From: Chloroflexota bacterium
GTDB lineage: Bacteria > Chloroflexota > Anaerolineae > Aggregatilineales > J027
NCBI GenBank assembly: GCA_003697365.1
Contig: RFGP01000056.1
Coordinates: 463-64,462 of the forward strand
Length of the DNA stretch: 64,000 bases
Direction of reading: 5' to 3'
Shown here: positions 29,762 through 39,549 of the stretch, piece by piece
Numbering within the stretch: the stretch's first letter is position 1
Layout: each line of letters starts with the position of its first letter
The notes under the pieces: model-generated
Seen by the model: the letters and a program-made list of their open reading frames with translations, nothing else
Told to the model about the DNA's origin: nothing
The model's database searches: none
Position numbers and translations under genes: made by a program

Positions 29762-30682
29762 ATGAACCCGCAACAATTACTAGATGCTCTACACTATCCT
29801 ACCCCAGAAACACGGCGCATTAGTGCTTGTATTATTGGGGTTGTTGAAGAAACAAGCCTGCTTATAGCCCTCCATGAGAAATACACGCAAGAAACAGATG
29901 CTCCAACCCAAAAGATAATGCTGTGGGCCGGAAAGCGCCTCATCGCTGCTGAAAAACGAGGCTACAAAACACTTGATGAAATTTTTCGCCACTTTGGTAT
30001 TGATCGTGAACTGGAACACCGCCAAACAGAAGAAGAGATTCGTCTTTTAGAACAAATGAACGCAGAGCTCGAAAATGAACTCATAGGAAAAGAAAGTAAA
30101 GCTAAACAAAAACAACTATTGCTCACTGCTGGTGTTTTACTGTTACAAGCACAGCAAAGTGGTGGTATAGTTGCAATACCCGGCGCACCAATTTCTGGTG
30201 CAGAAATAGCATCTTCCAATCTTGGGCCAGTTCGGCAACAAATATCTAGAGAACGTACACCTCCTCTAAGACCATCTAATACCGACATCTCTGTTTGGGT
30301 AAAGCGCCTACAAAACGATACAGACTCTCAAATGCGTATTGCAAGCGTGCGCGAATTAGCATTACAAAATAACATCAAAGCACTGCCCATACTCGCTACT
30401 CAATATCTTAAAGAATCTAATGCAACAGTAAAAGAAGAGATCGAGCGAGCAGCCAAAATTTTGTACTGGAGCGCTATCTATTGGCAGATGAGCCAAGATG
30501 GCTCTCTAGAAAAAGAAATCAATGAACGTTTAACAATTATGATGGCTGAAACTAGTTTTGTTGATAGTACTTCTGAGAATGGAGCGGACGCGCATGAGGT
30601 GATAAACAATAATGAAGACATAAGCGAAATTCTACGCCGTGTTGAAGCAAAACGTAGATCAGCAAGAAAAAGGAAAAAATAA
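29762..30682 (+). CDS. HEAT-repeat-like protein with basic C-terminal tail
   Basis: PBS-lyase/HEAT-like helical repeats ('ETRRISACIIGVVEE', 'SQMRIASVRELALQNNIKALPIL'), central coiled-coil-like stretch, tail 'KRRSARKRKK'. Confidence 0.45.
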   Translation: MNPQQLLDALHYPTPETRRISACIIGVVEETSLLIALHEKYTQETDAPTQKIMLWAGKRLIAAEKRGYKTLDEIFRHFGIDRELEHRQTEEEIRLLEQMNAELENELIGKESKAKQKQLLLTAGVLLLQAQQSGGIVAIPGAPISGAEIASSNLGPVRQQISRERTPPLRPSNTDISVWVKRLQNDTDSQMRIASVRELALQNNIKALPILATQYLKESNATVKEEIERAAKILYWSAIYWQMSQDGSLEKEINERLTIMMAETSFVDSTSENGADAHEVINNNEDISEILRRVEAKRRSARKRKK

Positions 30683-30690
30683 GGTTATTA

Positions 30691-31026
30691 TCAACCTCTA
30701 CCATTTTGGCTTGGCGTATGAGTAGCTTCTGACCAAAGCGGTTCTTTTACTTCAACAATATTTCCATCTAAAAGGCGTTTAAGGCGCACAGTTTTACGGT
30801 CTTTTAGTTGTGGGAACTGAATTCGATCTTCGGTGCGCACAAAAAAAGTGACTATATCGTCAGTTTTATCTTCGGTATACCCCGTGATATAGAAAAACCA
30901 ATAATAAGCGATGTAAAGCGGTTGACCTTTGAAGGGGCCATCTGTTATGACAATATCGTTTTCATCAACATCAAACAAACGTAGTAGTTCTTCTCGATTC
31001 ATCGAAACTTCCGCGCTGAAAATCAT
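30691..31026 (-). CDS. hypothetical protein
   Basis: 111-aa ORF with no recognised motif. Alternative ATG at 31002. Confidence 0.35.
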   Translation of the reverse strand: MIFSAEVSMNREELLRLFDVDENDIVITDGPFKGQPLYIAYYWFFYITGYTEDKTDDIVTFFVRTEDRIQFPQLKDRKTVRLKRLLDGNIVEVKEPLWSEATHTPSQNGRG

Positions 31027-31080
31027 CCTACTTTAGCGGGTAGTTGCTGACACCAACGTTTCCCAAAATTTGAAAAGCGT

Positions 31081-31111
31081 CGATACCCTACTCTATTCAA
31101 GTAGAGTATCG
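31081..31111 (-). terminator. terminator-like hairpin after the acidic-repeat protein gene
   Basis: cgatac-c-ctac / gtag-a-gtatcg stem (6+4 bp with one C-A mismatch), 9-nt loop, moderately U-rich tail on the minus strand. Confidence 0.45.
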
Positions 31112-31130
31112 AGCAAGCTAAATTCAAAAA

Positions 31131-32165
31131 CTACTCAAGCACTGTAATAGAAGCAACGAGGGCCTCAAAAGCGCTTTCATAATCAGACCAGCTATCGCTT
31201 GCAGCACTACCTTGAATCAGTAAGTAGCCCGTAGCCTCTTCATCAGCAAAAGACACAACGTAGAAGATACCATCTTTGCCAGAAGTTTCATTCGTGAAAC
31301 GAACCCGTACTGCAGGGGCACCAGCAACTTCAGTCATTGTTTGATCTAAAACTTCCGAATCACTACGAATCAAAGCGCTAACGATTTCCTCAGCTGTTGC
31401 TGCTGTCGTCAAACCGAAAGCTGGTAAGTCTTCGCTGGTAAATGTTGTATAGATCACCACATAGCTATCTACGCTATCAGGAGTTGAAACATAAGCATTA
31501 GCAGTATCTTCATCTGCAGCCATCACAACAACAGGAAACAAGAAGAAGCTCGTGTTTTCAACCGCGACATAATCAGCAGGTAGGTTCACGCTAAAATCAA
31601 TGTTGCCAGCAGAATCTTCATAAACTTCTTCGCTAAGCACTGCTACCTCAGCAACTTCCTCTGTAGCCTCAACCATAGGTTCTTCAGTAGCCTCTTCAGT
31701 GGCCTCAACCATAGGTTCTTCAGTAGCTTCAACTGCAGGCTCTTCGACTGCGGGGCAATCATTGACAAGTTGAGGTTCATCGACAACTAGCGCATTTTCA
31801 GCAACCGTAAAGGTGATAGAAACATCTGTATCGTCTAAAGAAACGGTGTAAGTAACACCAGCTTCAAATGCTGCCGCCACTGTCACAACTGCGCCATCAG
31901 CGCTAGCTTCTACGCCTTCAAGCGCATTACCATCAGCATCGCTTACTGTAACAGCGACAGTTTCGGGCTCAGCTGATAGTGTAAGCGTCACGGTTGTGGG
32001 CACAACGCCTAATATCGCACCATCAACAGGCGCACTACAAACCAGCGCCAAATCATCTTGGGCGCTTACGGGTGTTGCTGCAAAAATAAGACCAAAAGCT
32101 AAAAGACTAACTAAAATAGAACTTACTAATGTCCGCACGGGAAAATCCTCCATACGTAATATCAT
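31131..32165 (-). CDS. secreted protein with acidic tandem repeats
   Basis: Signal peptide ending 'VSAQDD'. Ig/CopC-like N-terminal segment ('SAPVDGAILGVVPTTVTLTLSAEP'). 'VEATEEPMVEATEEATEEPMVEATEE' repeats. Confidence 0.5.
   Translation of the reverse strand: MILRMEDFPVRTLVSSILVSLLAFGLIFAATPVSAQDDLALVCSAPVDGAILGVVPTTVTLTLSAEPETVAVTVSDADGNALEGVEASADGAVVTVAAAFEAGVTYTVSLDDTDVSITFTVAENALVVDEPQLVNDCPAVEEPAVEATEEPMVEATEEATEEPMVEATEEVAEVAVLSEEVYEDSAGNIDFSVNLPADYVAVENTSFFLFPVVVMAADEDTANAYVSTPDSVDSYVVIYTTFTSEDLPAFGLTTAATAEEIVSALIRSDSEVLDQTMTEVAGAPAVRVRFTNETSGKDGIFYVVSFADEEATGYLLIQGSAASDSWSDYESAFEALVASITVLE
31660..31740 (-). repeat. in-frame 36-nt tandem repeat encoding acidic EEPMVEATEEAT units
   Basis: The 26-nt core gcctcaaccataggttcttcagtagc occurs at 31666-31691 and 31702-31727. 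Confidence 0.8.
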
Positions 32166-32276
32166 CGGGTATTGAGTTTACACGCAAGTTTAACATGACC
32201 AGTGTCTTGGGGCATTATTCAAAACCCCAAAAGAGAACACCCTGCCAACTTTAGCTTAATCGGCGTGATTTGCCAA

Positions 32277-33536
32277 CTACTTTTGTACGTTTAAGTTATT
32301 CATCTCACTCAAATCTTCTTCGGGTTTGCCAATAGGCAGCAAAACACGGCACGTTGTGCCTAGCATTTTTTGCTCGTCGCGGCCGGGGCTTTCTAAGATA
32401 ATTTTACCACCATGTGCATCAATAATCCCCTTAGAGATTGCTAAACCTAATCCGGGGCCACCACCACGAAAAGCTGTTTTACTAGAGGAATGCAGGCTTA
32501 CATTGTTCCCACCTTGATAAAATTTCTCAAATACATAGGGAATTTGATCAGGTTCAATGCCAATACCTCGATCCGCAATAATAATTTCAAACGCATGACC
32601 TAAATCCACATCCATCACTTCTCGCGAAATAATATCGATCACAGAGTTATCAGGTGAGTATTTAATGGCATTGGAAAGCAATTGATAAAATACTTTACTC
32701 AATAAAACCGGATCGCCGTTAATGAAGGGAACTGTTGGGGTTTTCTGATGGTGCTGGCGAATAGTAATATTGCGCTCTTGGAGTGCTTTTTCAAAAACGT
32801 GCAATGTCTCTGAAAAAATCATGCGAGGCAAAACAGGCACAAATGCAACTTGTAGGGTTTGGCTATCGATCTTGCTTACATCCAACATGCTATTAACTAT
32901 TTCAAGCATTCTTTCGGTACCTTCGCTCATGCCATTTACAATACGTGGCAAGTCAGGATCGTTTTGCACAAGTGGATGCATAGCCAAAACATCGCGATAA
33001 CCACGAATAATCGTAATTGGTGTACGCAATTCATGTGCTGCAACTTCGATAAAATCGAGTTTGGCGCGATCTAGGCGTTGTAAAGCCTCATAAGCTGCTC
33101 GCATTTCTTCTAATTGCAAACGATCGTTAACCCGTAAGCGGTCAATCGTTTCGCGCACAATATCGAGTGCCAATGTGGGATTCGCAGCCAATATATCCAT
33201 CAAGGCTTGACGATCAATCTCTAGCACTGTTGTTGCTGTTAAAGTGCGTACTGTTGCAACACGCGGGCCATTCACAATAATGGCCATCTCACCAAAAAAT
33301 TCACCCTTCCCTAAGGTGCGTAAAAGACGCTCGCGTTCTGTTCCTGCAACGTCAAACTGCTTCAGAATTTCAACTGTTCCTTCTTGAATAAGATAAAAAG
33401 TATCCTCATAAGCACCTTCTTGGCAAAGAATCGTACCCGGTGGGTACGTATGCGAATGTGACAGTTTCAATAGTTGTTCAACTGCTTCTGAAGACAAGTT
33501 TGGAAAAGCTTTGCGTATTAAATCTGTTAATTCCAT
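32277..33536 (-). CDS. cyclic-nucleotide-binding domain histidine kinase
   Basis: cNMP-binding 'FFGEMAII...RVATVRT', H-box 'AAHELRTPITIIRGY', 'LLSNAIKYS', 'DRGIGI', 'GPGLGLAISKGIIDAHGG'. ATG 33536 preferred over GTG 33551. Confidence 0.8.
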   Translation of the reverse strand: MELTDLIRKAFPNLSSEAVEQLLKLSHSHTYPPGTILCQEGAYEDTFYLIQEGTVEILKQFDVAGTERERLLRTLGKGEFFGEMAIIVNGPRVATVRTLTATTVLEIDRQALMDILAANPTLALDIVRETIDRLRVNDRLQLEEMRAAYEALQRLDRAKLDFIEVAAHELRTPITIIRGYRDVLAMHPLVQNDPDLPRIVNGMSEGTERMLEIVNSMLDVSKIDSQTLQVAFVPVLPRMIFSETLHVFEKALQERNITIRQHHQKTPTVPFINGDPVLLSKVFYQLLSNAIKYSPDNSVIDIISREVMDVDLGHAFEIIIADRGIGIEPDQIPYVFEKFYQGGNNVSLHSSSKTAFRGGGPGLGLAISKGIIDAHGGKIILESPGRDEQKMLGTTCRVLLPIGKPEEDLSEMNNLNVQK

Positions 33537-33643
33537 AAAATAGTTCCACACTTACTATAATTAGGCGGAATTGTTCTCAAGAATCATTTTAATCATGAGA
33601 TTATCGTTCTGACAACATTATTATCTTATTATTGCGGTAATTA

Positions 33644-33673
33644 TTGACAACATAATAAACTCTACCCTATACT
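33644..33673 (+). promoter_or_regulatory. candidate sigma-70-type promoter upstream of mutS2
   Basis: TTGACA (33644-33649), 18-nt spacer, TATACT (33668-33673). Confidence 0.3.
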
Positions 33674-33787
33674 ACCATAGCCTTGTACCATTGCTCCTAG
33701 TGATCTGCTATATATTATGCTGCGCATCGTAAAAATTGCTACTATTGGCACTCAGTAATGAGTCTATAACAGAGACAAGAACATCAT

Positions 33788-36205
33788 ATGAATCAAAAAT
33801 CTGCTGAAACGCTAGAGTTTCCCAAAGTTTTAGCATTGCTTGCTAAACATACATCTTTTTCTACTTCACGCGAGTTGGCGCTGAACTTACACCCCACAGC
33901 TGACTTAAACGTTGCACGTGAATTGCAACGCGAAACAAGCGAAGCACGTGAGTTGTTAGAGCTAAAACCCGGCTTTATTATGGGCGGCGTTAGCGATGTG
34001 CGCCACGAAGCATTGGCTACACAGCGTGGCATTGTTTTAGATGGGCCAACGCTCTTAAAGATCAAAAGCACGCTTCGACGTGCTAGCATCGTGCGCAGAA
34101 CACTAAGCCGTGCTAGCGGTCAATTTCCTCTATTAGCAAGGCTTGCAGATCAACTAGAAGAATGCGAGGGCCTACAAGAAGAAATAGATCGCGTCATTGA
34201 TGAAAATGCAGAAGTAAAAGATAGTGCTAGTGCTCGGCTTGCAATCTTGCGGCGCGAAGTCCGTGTAGCGCATGATCGGCTACTCAGCAAAATCACGAAT
34301 ATCGCCACTAGCTCTAGCAATGCTAAATACTTACAAGAGCAACACGTCACACAACGCAACGGACGCTATGTCATTCCTTTGAAAGCAGAATTCAAAGGCC
34401 GTATTCCGGGTGTAGTGCATGACCAAAGTTCAAGCGGTGCAACCCTATTCATTGAACCACTATCGACTGTGGAATTGAACAACCGCTATCGTGAACTTCA
34501 AATTGATGAAGAGAACGAAGTTCGACGAGTATTAGCAGAATTATGCGAGTTAATAGCCCATGAATCTGAGCGCATCGTAGCAACTGTGGAGGGGCTTGCT
34601 TATCTTGATCTTGTGCTAGCACGCGCTAAATACGCAACTGAGCTGAACGCTAATGAGCCCAAACTCGTTGACTTTAAAGTCATCCCTAATCATCCCAAAC
34701 ATCCGGGCAGTACCATTAAGCTCATTCAGGCAAGACATCCGTTGCTTGATCCCGACACTGTTGTTCCTATTGATGTTGAGCTTGACGATGATACATATGC
34801 ATTAGTGATCACAGGCCCCAACACGGGTGGGAAAACAGTTGCCCTCAAAACAATCGGCTTAATGGTGTTGATGTCACAATGTGGCTTACATCTGCCAACA
34901 ACTGTTGGTAGTGAACTCAGTGTCTTTGAAGATATTTACGCTGATATTGGCGATGAGCAGAGTATTGAGCAATCGCTCAGCACATTTTCAGCACACATGA
35001 CCAACATCATCCAGATATTGCAATCGGCAAATCAGCGTTCGTTGGTTATCTTAGATGAGCTGGGCGCTGGAACTGACCCAACTGAAGGTTCAGCACTAGC
35101 AAGGGCAATTTTATCCCACCTCTTAGAACGTGGCATCACCTGCTTAGTTACTACACACCATCCAGAATTAAAAGCATTCAGTTATAACCGACGTGGTATT
35201 CGTAATGCGAGTGTGCAATTCGATTTAGAAACTCTTTCGCCAACATATCGCCTTGTCGTAGGATTGCCGGGGCGCTCAAATGCATTAGCAATTGCTGAAA
35301 GATTAGGATTGCCTCAAGAAATTATCGAAGAAGCGCGCGGCATGGTTGCAACAGAAGAGCTCAAAGTGGACAATCTTCTCGATGAAATTCAAAAAACACG
35401 CGATGAAGCGAGTCGAGCTCTTGATCGCGCTCGACAAATTGAGCAAGAGCAAGAGCATTTACGGGCAGAATTACAGTCTCGTCTTGACCAGATAGAGGCT
35501 GAACGTATTGCCAAATTACAAGAAGCCGAAGAGCAAGCAGAAGCCGAGCTCGAAGTCTTGCGTCGTGATATTCGTCGGCTCAAGATGCAGCTAGAAAGTG
35601 TGGGGCAGCCATTAGATGCAATTCGAGAAATGAAAAAAGTGGCCAGTGAAATGCAAGCAAGAGATTATGTCAATTTACCAGAACCTGAGCTGGAATTGGT
35701 ATATGAAGAGGATGATGATAAGCCACACACATTCCGCTTAGGTGAGATAGTACAGGTGCCCTCATTATCATCTACAGGTCAAATTACCGAAATAACATCT
35801 GATGATGTTGAGGTAACAGTTGGTCGTTTGCGAGTTCGGGTTAAACCTGAAGAACTAGCGCCATTAAACAGCCAACAACGTAAAGCTGCACGACGAGAAC
35901 AAGAAAAACGCCAAAAAAGTGATCTTATTTCTACACCAGAGCGTGGCAAATCACCGGGATTAGAGCTAGATTTGCGTGGTGAACGAGTTGAAGTAGCAAC
36001 CCAACGTGTTGAGGAATATATCGACGCTGCTTACATGGCTGGCTTGCCGTGGGTGCGCATTATTCATGGTAAAGGTACAGGCGCATTGCGTAAAGCTATT
36101 CGAGAATTGTTAGCACATCATCCACTTGTTGTTAAACAAGCGTCTGGCAGCGAAAAAGAAGGCGGAAGTGGGGTCACAATTGTGCATCTTGCTACACAAC
36201 ATTGA
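33788..36205 (+). CDS. mutS2: endonuclease MutS2 (MutS domain + C-terminal Smr)
   Basis: Walker A 'GPNTGGKTV', 'LDELGAGTDP', 'TTHH', long coiled coil, Smr domain 'LDLRGERVEVA...IIHGKGTGALR'. Confidence 0.9.
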   Translation: MNQKSAETLEFPKVLALLAKHTSFSTSRELALNLHPTADLNVARELQRETSEARELLELKPGFIMGGVSDVRHEALATQRGIVLDGPTLLKIKSTLRRASIVRRTLSRASGQFPLLARLADQLEECEGLQEEIDRVIDENAEVKDSASARLAILRREVRVAHDRLLSKITNIATSSSNAKYLQEQHVTQRNGRYVIPLKAEFKGRIPGVVHDQSSSGATLFIEPLSTVELNNRYRELQIDEENEVRRVLAELCELIAHESERIVATVEGLAYLDLVLARAKYATELNANEPKLVDFKVIPNHPKHPGSTIKLIQARHPLLDPDTVVPIDVELDDDTYALVITGPNTGGKTVALKTIGLMVLMSQCGLHLPTTVGSELSVFEDIYADIGDEQSIEQSLSTFSAHMTNIIQILQSANQRSLVILDELGAGTDPTEGSALARAILSHLLERGITCLVTTHHPELKAFSYNRRGIRNASVQFDLETLSPTYRLVVGLPGRSNALAIAERLGLPQEIIEEARGMVATEELKVDNLLDEIQKTRDEASRALDRARQIEQEQEHLRAELQSRLDQIEAERIAKLQEAEEQAEAELEVLRRDIRRLKMQLESVGQPLDAIREMKKVASEMQARDYVNLPEPELELVYEEDDDKPHTFRLGEIVQVPSLSSTGQITEITSDDVEVTVGRLRVRVKPEELAPLNSQQRKAARREQEKRQKSDLISTPERGKSPGLELDLRGERVEVATQRVEEYIDAAYMAGLPWVRIIHGKGTGALRKAIRELLAHHPLVVKQASGSEKEGGSGVTIVHLATQH

Positions 36206-36337
36206 TAAGATCAAACAAAGCCTCAAAGGCATTACATATAGGTAATTTGGAAAGAAACACGCGACACGTGGCAAATTTGCGTTATAATTCAAATACACTC
36301 GGCTGAATATATAGATCATAGTGAGTACGAAGCGACA

Positions 36338-37009
36338 ATGACTGACTCTCCAGAATTCAAAGACGAAGAATCTATTCGACGAGGGCAAGAATTTATTAAC
36401 GAAGTTTATCGTAAAATGTCACGCATAGCTGAAGAATTTGCAGCAGGCGAGATTAATCGTGCCCAATTTCATCGTCTGTACAATCGTTATCAGCGCCAAA
36501 TTATGACAGTATCTCAAATGATTGCTGAATCCGATCCAAGCGGTTGGGAAACAGCAGTGAAATCAGATGAAAGCACTTTACATATTCGCAGGCAATTTGA
36601 AGCAAAGGCAATTGGGCTTAGCATTTACGATAACCGCACAGGAATGCCTATTGAAACGATTGGCGATTTTAGCTTAGATGCTGAGCTCATTGTTCCCATG
36701 CTCAGTAGTTATCGGCAAGCAACAGCTGAAATTTTTCAAGCAGGAGTCCGTAGCACAGAGATGGAAAACGGACAATGGCTATGTTTTATGAGTGGTGCTT
36801 ACACAACATTAATTGTGCTTTTTTCAGTAGAACCCTCAAGTAATCGTATTATGCTGCTTGATCGAATGCATCGAGATTTTGAAATTGCCAACGCAGAATT
36901 TTTGGAACACGGCTACACAAGCGCCGATCAACTAGCTTACCCATTTTATTCGTTTATTAAGCGCAGCCCATTAGATACGCAAGACTTAGAAACAGAATTA
37001 GACGAATAA
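36338..37009 (+). CDS. hypothetical protein with C-terminal Roadblock/LC7-like region
   Basis: Helical N-terminus. Residues ~88-190 ('KAIGLSIYDNRTGMPIETIGDF...TTLIVLFSVEPSS') follow the Roadblock/MglB-like alternating pattern by eye. Confidence 0.4.
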   Translation: MTDSPEFKDEESIRRGQEFINEVYRKMSRIAEEFAAGEINRAQFHRLYNRYQRQIMTVSQMIAESDPSGWETAVKSDESTLHIRRQFEAKAIGLSIYDNRTGMPIETIGDFSLDAELIVPMLSSYRQATAEIFQAGVRSTEMENGQWLCFMSGAYTTLIVLFSVEPSSNRIMLLDRMHRDFEIANAEFLEHGYTSADQLAYPFYSFIKRSPLDTQDLETELDE

Positions 37010-37017
37010 GTTTCTTC

Positions 37018-37884
37018 CTACTCCTCTTCATCTAGTGAAGAGGTGTTTGTATCTACTGAGAACCAGCGCTTTGTTTCAGGATCAATTTTCCCTTGTAAAG
37101 CAGAGTGAAAATCAGCAGCAAAAGCTGCAAGATCAGGATAGGCTAGCTCCTTACGATGTGTCAACCCACGTAATAATACTGAGTGAACTAGCGGAGATAA
37201 GCCCTCAGCAGAGGGTTGTTCAACCTTACGAACTTCAGAACGTGGATCGCTAAAAGGCAAACGGCCACCTGTCAAAAGTTGATAGATAAAAGTTGCCAAT
37301 GCAAATATATCAGCAGCCAGCTCTGGTGTAGAGTTAAAGAGACGATCGGTAAAGATATAATGTTCTTGAAGTAATGTTGCCTGTCGAGGAACAAGACCAA
37401 AATCACGAATATGTGCCATAGCTAAATCAGTAATAGTAGGATTACCACCACGATCTACAAGAATATTGGTGGGTTTCAAGCTACCATGTGCAACTTCTTG
37501 ATCATGTAAAAATTGTAGTCCTTCAATAACAGTGTCAATAATCCTAAGATGATGTTTTGGAGGTATGGGCTTTCCTTGAGCGAAAAAATCGCCAATTGAA
37601 GCAGCAGCTAATGGCATCACCACTGCCAGCATCCCACCATCAATATCTGTATCAATAACTTCTAAAATTGGGTGCAATATAGGATGTTGAATACTCGCAG
37701 CAAAATCCAATATTTCAGCAGCAGCCCCCCGATCCATTGCTGACTGAACATCAATTTTATTGAGAACTTTTATGGCAACTTGCTCACTGGTTTGGATAGA
37801 TTGGGCAACAAACACTGTTCCCATATCTCCCTCGCCCAATTTTTGCCTTAGTTGATACTGTCCAATTTGCATAGATAGCTCCAT
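37018..37884 (-). CDS. protein-kinase-fold pseudokinase
   Basis: G-loop 'GEGDMGTV' and 'VAIKVL' are present. The catalytic loop reads 'HGSLKPTN' (HRD Asp replaced by Ser) and DFG reads 'DLA'. ATG lies 2 nt after the FemAB stop (or TTG overlapping it). Confidence 0.65.
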   Translation of the reverse strand: MELSMQIGQYQLRQKLGEGDMGTVFVAQSIQTSEQVAIKVLNKIDVQSAMDRGAAAEILDFAASIQHPILHPILEVIDTDIDGGMLAVVMPLAAASIGDFFAQGKPIPPKHHLRIIDTVIEGLQFLHDQEVAHGSLKPTNILVDRGGNPTITDLAMAHIRDFGLVPRQATLLQEHYIFTDRLFNSTPELAADIFALATFIYQLLTGGRLPFSDPRSEVRKVEQPSAEGLSPLVHSVLLRGLTHRKELAYPDLAAFAADFHSALQGKIDPETKRWFSVDTNTSSLDEEE

Positions 37885-37886
37885 TC

Positions 37887-38960
37887 TCAAGATCGCCAGC
37901 GCAAATATGCACGATATAAATTATAGATCAATGGGTTGTAAACATAGTCCCAAGCGCCAACGGTACGCACTATGCGTCCCCCCCAGCCACGCTTGAATCG
38001 ATAAACCCCCCACAAACCATCATGGCGATTCTCAAATTCAGCTTCTAGAATATGCGGTTCAACATCTGGTATACCCACCATATCGTAGGTATGAGCTCCT
38101 TGTTCGCGTGCCCACAAAATTGCTGCCCACTGTACACCAAAAGAAGCCATACGTTGGCGCTCTTCATTGCTACTTGCACCATAAACATACCAACTCTGCG
38201 TTCCTAATGCAAAAACGAATACACCAGCTAAATCGTGTTCCAGCCCTTGTGCATCTGTATAACTTGCCATCAATAATGTTGCTTTTACAGGACTTTGAGC
38301 CGTAATAAATAAGTCATAAACACGCTCATAATAACGAGGTGTATGTACCCCAAAATCTTGACGCTCTGAAGTCATTGCTAGCAAATGGTTAAAATTAGCC
38401 ACATCCTGACGTGAGCCATGACGAACAGTTACATCATGTTTCTCGCTTTTGCGAATATTGCGGCGTGTACCTTGGTTCATTCGTGCAAGAATGACGGATT
38501 CATCAATAGAATCTCCATCATCTGTTTGTCCATTGATGTCAATAAGAATAGTGCGGGGAGGTTGTACGGTTTGTGGGCTAAGACGAAATCCAAGTGCTTG
38601 TAAAGTTTGTATTGGAACATCATAGCCGGGTTCTATTTTCAGAAAAGCAGCTTTTCTTTGACGTGTCGCTAGATGAATGGCCTTCATCAACGCTTGCACT
38701 TGAAGAGTATCTTGCCAATCAACAAGTGGCCCAAGAGGTATGTAGGCTAATTGGCTGAATTTAGCAACTAGTGGTCGGTATAAGATTTGAGCCCCAGCAA
38801 CAAGCTGGTCATGCTTCACAATACCAACACGCTGGACATCCCAACCAAACTCTGCTTTCAGCTTTCCCCAAGCACTAACTTGAAAGAAGCTAGCACGCAA
38901 ATGAGATGCCACGAAGGCATCCCATTCTTCATCATTAATCTCAAGGCAAATGGTATACAT
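37887..38960 (-). CDS. FemAB-family peptidoglycan interpeptide-bridge aminoacyltransferase
   Basis: 'WDAFV..H..ASFFQVSAWGKLKAEFGW', 'RRNIRKSEK', 'YVYGASS', 'GVYRFKRGWGG' are typical FemX/FemAB blocks. Confidence 0.8.
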   Translation of the reverse strand: MYTICLEINDEEWDAFVASHLRASFFQVSAWGKLKAEFGWDVQRVGIVKHDQLVAGAQILYRPLVAKFSQLAYIPLGPLVDWQDTLQVQALMKAIHLATRQRKAAFLKIEPGYDVPIQTLQALGFRLSPQTVQPPRTILIDINGQTDDGDSIDESVILARMNQGTRRNIRKSEKHDVTVRHGSRQDVANFNHLLAMTSERQDFGVHTPRYYERVYDLFITAQSPVKATLLMASYTDAQGLEHDLAGVFVFALGTQSWYVYGASSNEERQRMASFGVQWAAILWAREQGAHTYDMVGIPDVEPHILEAEFENRHDGLWGVYRFKRGWGGRIVRTVGAWDYVYNPLIYNLYRAYLRWRS

Positions 38961-39030
38961 AAATGATCATCCTCCTAAATAAAATAGTCTATCGAAGGAG
39001 GATGTGAAAATAAACCCAATCTGTTATCCG

Positions 39031-39549
39031 CTAGTAACCTCGCCACTGGCGTTTGCCATAGTGATCAAAAATTAAGCCATCAAGACACTGAAAATCACCC
39101 ACATCTTCACGAGCAGCTGCTACCATGCGATACAGTTCCATGAAACCATGTGGCTTCACCAAAAAGGCATTACATCCTTTTTCAAATGCTTCGCGGATCA
39201 TAGCGCGTTCATCATGCATGGTTGCCATAACAATAACGACATCAGGGAATTTTTGGCGGATGGATTCGAGAATCTCTATACCTGTTCCATCAGGAAGCTG
39301 GCGATCAAGCATCACTAGCTTAATACTATCGCCCAACTCAGACATAATTTCTAATGCACGTTTTCCTGAACCTGCTCCATGTACCTCTAGCTTGGCCTGT
39401 TGTAATAGTCTCACTAAAAAATCTCGATTGGCGGGCTCATCATCAACAACAAGTGCATGAATGTCATTGGGGGGAACAGTCGGTTGAACGCTTGGATCAC
39501 TCATAGAAAGTTCTACTTTAGAGTCGTTTCTAATCCCTACATCAGTCAT
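39031..39549 (-). CDS. response-regulator receiver protein
   Basis: 'ALVVDDEPANR', 'LVMLDRQLPDGTG', 'VMAT', 'LVKP'. ATG overlaps the upstream stop by 8 nt. Confidence 0.8.
   Translation of the reverse strand: MTDVGIRNDSKVELSMSDPSVQPTVPPNDIHALVVDDEPANRDFLVRLLQQAKLEVHGAGSGKRALEIMSELGDSIKLVMLDRQLPDGTGIEILESIRQKFPDVVIVMATMHDERAMIREAFEKGCNAFLVKPHGFMELYRMVAAAREDVGDFQCLDGLIFDHYGKRQWRGY

Noticed and set aside
31660-31740. 36-nt periodic repeat considered as a possible CRISPR-like array
   Set aside because: There are only two units, they are contiguous with no spacers, and they are in frame within a CDS encoding an acidic peptide repeat.
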